DNA of 64,000 bases from Paraspadella gotoi (Eukaryota; Animalia; Chaetognatha). The notes under the pieces are model-generated. The model was not told the origin of the DNA. It ran no database searches and saw only the letters and a program-made list of their open reading frames with translations. Shown here in pieces: positions 55,877 to 64,000 of this stretch. The stretch lies in assembly GCA_051294375.1 (NCBI GenBank), contig CM119264.1, forward strand, positions 17,248,278 through 17,312,277, in the 5' to 3' direction. How positions within the stretch are numbered: the first letter of the stretch is position 1; each line of letters starts with the position of its first letter. The position numbers were made by a program, and so were the translations under genes.

Positions 55877-57947
55877 GAGCTTCGATCCTCACTTTCCCCT
55901 GTTTTTTTCCCCGAGAAAGTCTTTTTCCGTCTCTGGCTCACGACCGGCGAATCGGCGACCAGTTTTTAGCGGCAAAAATCCCACTGTTTTTTTTGTTTTT
56001 TTTTGACAAATCGATTCTTAGGTTTTACATGACGAAAAAAAAAACACAAAGAATTTCCTTTAGTTTTTATAGTTTTTGTTTCTTTTTTTGGCGTTTTCGG
56101 TCACGCAATGTTTTATGGGGGACAAGGGGGGGGGGACGGAGAAGCGAGTTTTCTTTTTAACGATCCTTCGTAAGGAGGAAAGCTTTACTTAGTTTCGTCG
56201 TTCATTATTTCCCCAAGACGAATCAAAATGAGAGCGAGAGGAAATGAGAGGAAACAACGAAGGGATTGATTTCTGCAGTTTGATAAATATCGTAGCGAAA
56301 GAGATTATTTTCTTCTTTTTTTTATATATGTGGCGTCGGCAGAGAGCGGGTTTTGGTCGTTCGTCGAGAGTTCGTATGTCAATATTACTTTGATATTAAC
56401 AAAAATAACTAGTACAAAAGGGAAAACAAAAACCGCTTATCCGATTTCGCTGGCGACGTTTTTTTTTTAAGGTCCCCTGAACAGAGTATGGAAAAAACCG
56501 AAAGGAGGGTGAGGAGGAGGAGGAGGAGGAGAATGAGGAGGCGTTCGAAAGAGGAAGAGGAGGAGAAAGGGACGAGGAAGAACCACGATGACATCGACGA
56601 CAATTACAGTTCCTCCTCTTCCTTTCGGCTCCTCCGCCTCCTCCGCCTCCGTCGCCGGCCTCTTCCTCTTCCTCCTTTCGTCCTCTACGTCTTTTTCATC
56701 GCTGTAATCGACGGATTCGTCGTCGTCGTTTTCGTCGTCGTCGTCGTCATCGGCCACTCGAGTCCCGAAAGGAAGGCTTCGTCCCAACGCCGAGACGCTC
56801 GTTAGGACGACAAAGAGGAAGAACAAAAAGGTCCCATCGTGAACATCATGGTCGTCGTCGTCGTCGTCGTCTTCGTCGATTTTTTGTTCTCCTCCTCCTC
56901 TTCTTCCTCTCCATTCTCTACTTCCTCCTTTCACCGTCATCTCATTCTAAAACTGTCATCCTCTCGCTGCGCGGGCGGCGCTGGGGGTGTCGAAGGGGTG
57001 TTCCGACCGCTGGAGTGGAAGGAACACCCCCAGAGGCGGGCGACGCCCACAAACACACGGATTCTCTCTCTCCCCGATTAGAAAACGGCCTCTCTCTCTC
57101 TCTCTGCCTCTCACTCTCTCTTTTTTTTTTATCACCGATTTTTATTTCCGCGTTGTTTTTTTGTTGATGTGAGACGTTTTGATTTTCACGATCGGAAGAG
57201 TGAGTCGAGCTAAACAGGAATTGCGCGATTTTTTTTTTAAATATTAATTGGAGGAATCCTGAATGAATGGTCGGTTTTAATTGCGTTCAGTTAGATTCCA
57301 ATCGACGCCTTATAAATCCTTTCTCATTGGCATCGTTTCAACGTTAAAGTGAGAATGGTTCGACCGTAATGACTCGTTAGGTTTTGTGAAACTCCATTGC
57401 GGACAAATAGAATATCGAAGGTATCGGCATTCACGCACGCATTACCACAGGCATTCACGTATTTCTTCGGAGTCGACTTTTCATGGTGCCTTTTCTATGT
57501 CGCGTCTCCGTTTCACTTTTAGTCATATGATTTAATGTTAATTACTTGTGGCAACTCAAATAAATGCTATAAATAAATTAGAAATCATTCACTAAATTTG
57601 AATGAGAAAATGAAAGAAATACGCAATATGCCGGAGTGTGGAATGGGGCATAAATAAGTATGGTAAATAGGGCGTCTACACCACCGCATAATTTGATAAA
57701 AAAATTGATAAATTTTGGGCTTAGTGAATATTGATTAAAGATGGAATGAGATATATCCCCCGTATATTCGAAATATTTTATAATATTTTAATTTATGAAT
57801 AAATCTCTATTTTTGGCATCACTCACAATTGCACAATAAAAACTTGTTTCTATAAAGGGTAATTCCTTCTCCCTCTATCTATATATTTCTCTCTCTCCTT
57901 TTCTCTCTCTATCTCTCTCTCCCTTCGTTCTATCCCTCCATATCGCT

Positions 57948-58037
57948 GGGCGGTAGGGGTGTGTCCGTGGGAGTGAGTGGGTGGGCGATGGGTGTGGACG
58001 TGGGAGTGGCAAAAGGTGTGGCAATGGGTGTGGCCGA
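57948..58037. promoter_or_regulatory. Tandem GT/GC-box (Sp/KLF-site) array with ~12-bp period
   Basis: GGGCGG followed by seven GGG(T/A)GTGG-like units, ~2.1 kb upstream of the distal micro-exon. Confidence 0.45.
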
Positions 58038-58401
58038 AGACGCGGAAAACGAGCCTTGTTTATATCGAGAGCAGATGCGGGCAAATGGTTGCAGATGGCG
58101 CAATTGCCTAGGCAGTCATTCACCTTCTATTTCTTTCTTCTATTTTTTTTTATCTTCGTTATTTTCTCTTTTTTTTATCGCATTTGTCTCGCTTTTGTTT
58201 TTATGTTCAAGTATCTTAGAATCCTTTGAATAAAGGGCAAACTTAATTTGAATAAGTCTTCTAAGCATGTACTTATATTAACTTTTTGCACATTGAATCC
58301 AATCACTTAAAAGAAAAACTGAAAATTTCGTTCCTCAGTTTCAAAATGTCTCCGTTCACGGTTTCGTTGGCCTTCTCTCTCTCTCTCTCTCTTTTCTTTC
58401 T

Positions 58402-58462
<61 letters not shown>

Positions 58463-58473
58463 TTCTTTCTATA

Positions 58474-58562
<89 letters not shown>

Positions 58563-58830
58563 CTCTCTCTCAAATTCTCCATCCCGACTCGCTTCCATCC
58601 ATCCCCATTCCGGAGGAAAACAAACCCCCCGGCTCCCGGTTTTCTCTCGACGAAAACCTTTTTGCTCCTTTTCAGCGCAAAATTGTCTAAGACGCAGACT
58701 CCGGAAATGGCTTTTGACTCGATTGCGTCTCCGCGTCTCACCGTCATGGTTTCCGGCGCGAGGGGGCAGGGGGGAGCGGGGGTGGAGGAGAAGTCTGGGT
58801 GATTTGTGAGAGGGTGAGTCTTGAATTGTG

Positions 58831-58896
<66 letters not shown>

Positions 58897-59933
58897 CCGA
58901 GTTCACCGCCGGTAAAAATTTTTCACGTGTTTGGGAGTTTCTAATCAAAGAAGAGAGAGCGAGATCACGACGGGCGGTCTGAAGGACGCGTTGGCAAAGA
59001 GGGTTGTGCTGTGGAGCTGGGAGTGGAGACTAAGATGAGCTCTCGGATCTTTTTAAGGGATTTTTCATAGTAAAGAATTCTATAAGATTTTCTTAGATTA
59101 ATGTTTTAATTACTAAAAGGCATCAAGTTTAAAGAAAAATATATTTATATTTTTTAAACTTGAAGCTTTTTTGTAATTATAAGAGAAAGGATATTAATGA
59201 TATTAATGATATTAAATAGACCAATTTCATAGAGAAAATATATAAAAAGACGAATGAAAAAAATACGAAAAGGAAGAAAAAAAAGAGAAGGAAGAGAAAA
59301 CTGTTAGCCTTCAAGCGTCGCTGGATGGTGATTTCGACGTGGGAGGGAGGAGGCGGACTTAGACGAGAAGAAAAGAGGAGGGAACGAGGAGGTGAAGGAG
59401 GAAAGAGAAAAAGAGGAAATGGAAGGAAAGGAAAGTAGGAGGTGGAGAGCGAAAAGGAAAATGGGAAAAAGGTAGAAGATGTAAAGTATTAAAGAGGAGA
59501 GTCGTTTTGGGAAAATGGCGGAAAAATAGTTGAAAAGATTTCGGAGTAAAGAAGCGTAATCAGTGAAAAAAAGACGAATGAAGAAAAGTTAAAACGAAGA
59601 CAGAATGATGATAAAAATGAAGAGAAGCGAGAAGCGAGAAGGAAACCGAGGAAGGAAAAGGAGGAAACTGAGGAAGGAAAAGAAGGAAACAGAGGAAGGA
59701 AATGAAGGAAATAGAAAAAGGAAAAGAAGGGAGGAAGTCACTAATGACGATGATTAGAAGGTCGACTCGGACCGGGAATCTGATGAAGACGTAGACTCGG
59801 TCAGCGTGGGCGTGGGCAACGACGACGCCGACGTTGATGATGATGAAGACGCCTATCCGGTCATCGTGGGCGGTAACGGAGATGAGAAAGGGGAAAAATT
59901 GAAAAGTGTTTTTTTCGAGGGAAGGAGAAGGAA

Positions 59934-59972
<39 letters not shown>

Positions 59973-61058
59973 CCTCCGTGATTTAGACGCTAACGCAAAC
60001 CACGTGTTGTTCATCGTTTGCTCGTTGACATTCGTGGGCGAAGGAGTTTTGAAAGAGTGAGACGGGTTCGTCATGGACGGCGAATCTCAAGATCATTTTT
60101 GTGTATCACGTTTCCGACTTTAGAACTGGGAATTCACGTTGAGATAATAGACTTGGGAATACTGCGTGCCAGGTTTAGAAGGCATGACCCTACAGCATAA
60201 CATAAATCTCGTTCTCGAATTTATTTCCGATTTCAAAGAGGGCGTTTCAAAAGATTCTGGCGCCTCTTCTCGAGTGGCGCCGCCGAACGCGAGTTTACGT
60301 CACGCAACATTTCCGACTTGAAATTTTTAAGTCTTGAAGAAGAAGAGGGGAGAAAGGAGTTAAAGTAAGAAGAGAGAAATGGAGGAAGGGATAACAATTT
60401 ATACTTTTAGAAAATGAAACCCTAATGACAATGACATTGAATATTGGTTTCGGTAACAAAAAGGAAATTTCATTCGTTTTCAAATACTCCTTCTCAAATC
60501 AAAATCCCCCCCATTTTACACCCCGCGCTTTAAAACGACTTTTCCAATTTCCCTTTCCCTCGCGAGTCTTCGAATCCCCCGAACCACTCCGTCCACTCCG
60601 TCCACTCCCTCCGGTTTATCCCTCGCGACCGCGAATTTCGGGTGGAAACGAACAAAAGCGAGAATTTTTTTTAGTTTTTCTTTTTTTTTTTTCGGTGAAT
60701 TATGCGCAAAGAGAATCGTTTTTGCGGCGTCGCCCAAGGTCGAACCTCTGAGCAGACGTTTTTGTCGTCGTTCGTCGTTGTCATCGACGTCGTTATATAT
60801 CTGTGTCAACGTCGTTGTGATGAGATAGCTGTCATTTAAGGCGGAAAGAATTTTGTTTTAGATGCTCGATAATCTAACATTAAATGAGGAAGAAAATAAA
60901 AGGGAAAAAACTGAAAAAAATGAAAAAAGTGAATCTGGGAGTAAGAAATCATGGCAACCGGAGACGGAAAAGCGTTATCCAAAAATTTAGATCGTCGGTC
61001 TTCCTTCCAAAAGCCATCGCCCCTTGGTGGACGTCGGGTCCGCGCGATTTAAGCGTTA

Positions 61059-61130
61059 GCACTGCAAGAAGCCTCGGCACCGCCAGAAGGGTCGGCACCG
61101 CAAGAAGCGTCGACACCGCAAGAAGCGTTG
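61059..61130 (+). repeat. 18-bp tandem repeat x4 (GCACCGCAAGAAGCGTCG)
   Basis: Units at 61059, 61077, 61095 and 61113 with 0-2 substitutions each. Confidence 0.85.
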
Positions 61131-61272
61131 GGGACGGACGCGCGGGTGGATTCGCGAATTCGTGGCTTCAGGGTCAAAGTCGACATCCTTCGAAAAACAT
61201 CTTCATGCATATATGGATTTCTTTCTCTCTTTCTTTTTCTCTTTTTCCTCTCTCTCTTTCTCTGTCTCTGTC

Positions 61273-61339
<67 letters not shown>

Positions 61340-61661
61340 CTCTCTTCTCTCTCTCTCTCTCTCTTCTCTCGTATATATACATATATATATTATATATGTT
61401 GAATGAAGTTAGATTGTAGTACTGATTTTGTTTTACATTATACTTTACATAGTGAACCTTTCCTATTAATAAAAAAATTAATATTAGTTTTACAACTGTT
61501 TAACTTATTAATGTGTTTTTTCGTTGTCGCCAACAACATCTCCTTCGCCGTCGCTAGCTTCCTTTGAAGTCTTCCGCCGCCTAGCGAGAGAAATCGACAG
61601 TGTGAACAACAATAAAACAAAGCAATGAAAACAAAACCTAAACTTTGGAGGCGCCAAAAAC

Positions 61662-61776
<115 letters not shown>

Positions 61777-61971
61777 GGAACGCCTCGCGCAATCTTGAAG
61801 GCTTTATTTTGCGATCATGAAGAAGGAGAGAATCTAGATGGCGACTCGGAAGAAACTATCCCGTTCCAAATGTCATGACACGATTTTTAGACTTGGTGGA
61901 ACAGACCGCCTTTGTGACGTCACTGTCATTAATCATAATCATCTTCGGAATCAACACGCAGCTCTTCTTTT

Positions 61972-62003
<32 letters not shown>

Positions 62004-62461
62004 GATCTCCAACTTAACCGATTACAAAGTGGATGTCTAGTTTCGATTCGGTCTCTGCCTTTTGCAGCCGCCGGTTGTTCCTAAAGTTTTTTTACACTTT
62101 CGGGCTACTTGGTTGTGGATATTTTGTTTTGTTTTATTTTGTTTCGTACTGTTGTTTGTACTACCGGTTTTATCGTCGGCGTCGCTGTTCTCAAAGCAAA
62201 AAGAAGTGAATGTTGTTGTTATCGTTTTCGTCTGCTGTTTTTGTTCGCCTCGATTTCTTCCGTTTGTTTTTTCTTGTTTCCATTTGACGCAGTTCGTCGA
62301 TCTCAGCCTCGGGGTCTGGGAAAGACGTCGCCGAGCAAGTCGTCGTCCCCGACGTCATCGTCGTCATCGTCGTCGTCGTCATCACCGTCGTTTTCTTTGG
62401 AAAATTTTTGTTCGAATGGGAATTACGGAGGAGGAAGAGGATCGAAAGGAAGAGCGAGTTG

Positions 62462-62548
<87 letters not shown>

Positions 62549-63104
62549 TTTTTTTTTTTTTTCTCCTCTTCTCTTCTCCTCTCTCACGCCCAGAGGCGAC
62601 GCGATCGGACGCCGACTTGTCTGGACGGATGGGCGACATCCCGAGCCCCGGCTCCGTGACGGCGCCGTTGACGACGAAAACGACGATGAGCACGACGACG
62701 ATTTAACCGCAAAACCAATTTGAAAGCTTTTTTTGTCTCGTTAACAGAGAAAGAATTTGTATCGCCTTTTTTCCCCCAAAAAAGTTGACGTTTGTCTAAG
62801 TCATAGATTTATAGTTTTTCGCTTTTGAAGCTGTCATTGTCGTTTTGTGTTTTTTGGCGATTTGTTTCGCTCGGTTGTTTTACTGTTTGATTAGCTATCG
62901 AAGAAGGAAAATTTAGTCTCAACTTAGTCTACTACGCATTATTTATGAAAAAGCTATTACATACCTACACATGCATAACATTTTCTAATTTTTATATTTT
63001 TTAAATATTTTTTTAAATCTTTTATTTGTATTTTGTTAATTTTATATTTATTTTTTATTTATAATTTAAAAATAAAATTTCACTGATTTTATGAGGAATA
63101 AAAT

Positions 63105-63210
63105 AGAGTGATGGAGGCCTTAAACCACCAAAGCCTGTCCAAAGTCAGGGGCAAGATAGCTTATTTATTAAATGAATGGATAATTTTTATATTGGTTGTA
63201 CCAATTTCAT
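63105..63210 (-). repeat. Dispersed-repeat copy of 38324-38429, without the ribozyme
   Basis: 106-bp reverse-complement match with about one mismatch by eye. Confidence 0.85.
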
Positions 63211-63561
63211 AATAAAGATATTCGCCGCATTAGCTAAACCACTAGTGGCCTAAACTTATATTAAGTTGCAAACAAATATTCAGTTGTGCAAGTTCAACCA
63301 CTTAAATCAGAAAACAAAAGAGCAGGATATTTATATTCACAATTGATTCCTGACTACGAGATGTGGCGCCATTGGAGCAATCAGGAACTTTATTATTCCA
63401 GGGAGAAGATTTATTAAAAATAAAACTGACCCAAACTTTCACTTGATAAGTTATTAGTAACGTTACTTTCTGCGTCGTTTGAGTTTGATCTCTGACGATA
63501 TACGGTATAAAGTTATATAAAGAGTTTAGGATTCATTAAACGAAAGTTTCCCATTCAAGAT

Positions 63562-63633
<72 letters not shown>

Positions 63634-64000
63634 CCTTTGGTTTGGTCCTTATCAGCTGACTTTTTAGACTTTTACTCCAGTTGAAAGAGAACCTGAGACC
63701 ACCGAGTTTTTAATGCTTTATTACGACAAAGATGCCTTACCCTAAACCTAATAAAAGAGTAACCTTCCCTCGATTCGATTTCGCCGAGAGCATCCCCGAC
63801 CTCCCGCTACATTCCGCCTCGTCGAGGCAATGGACTGGAGAAAAACTTTTATTTGGATGGAAATGGCGTAGGTAATAGGTATTAAATTATTTTTTTCGTG
63901 CTATAGGCTATAGACTATTGTATAGTTTTTTTCGCTAATTTGGTCTTTGAGGTATGGTTAATTTTATTTTATATACTGATATTTACTGATACTGATAAAA

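Noticed and set aside
57437-57650. Weak inverted repeats suggesting a small MITE
   Set aside because: The match is degenerate, and no TSD or second copy could be defined.
61059-61130. 18-bp repeat as CRISPR-like array or coding HRKKR repeat
   Set aside because: There are no spacers, the context is eukaryotic, and no exon structure supports coding; kept only as a minisatellite.

Overview
Animal (arthropod-like) genomic DNA that is rich in (GA)n, (AAAG)n and (GAC)n repeats and shows no obvious CpG depletion. It carries one recognisable protein-coding gene on the minus strand: an Sp6-9 (Sp8/Sp9-like) C2H2 zinc-finger transcription factor. Its exons are an Sp-box exon (9451-9622), a large Btd-box exon (7784-9025) and a three-zinc-finger exon (7221-7624). 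Two separate 'MATSL' start micro-exons lie far upstream: MATSLLHQ at 55853-55876 (perfect donor, in frame, ~613 aa product) and MATSLIV(E) at 29000-29022. The window also holds a Transib-like non-autonomous element with RSS-like ends (1374-2690) inserted in a minisatellite, a Penelope-type minimal hammerhead ribozyme (38473-38517) and several promoter-like motif clusters. About 20 kb is redundant: an indel-ridden second copy of the Sp gene region, an inverted block and a triplicated ~2-3.5 kb block, all bounded by 25-N gaps. These are most likely long-read gap-filling artefacts rather than real duplications. The remaining ORFs in the track are microsatellite, antisense or low-complexity noise. 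All coordinates and comparisons were done by eye.
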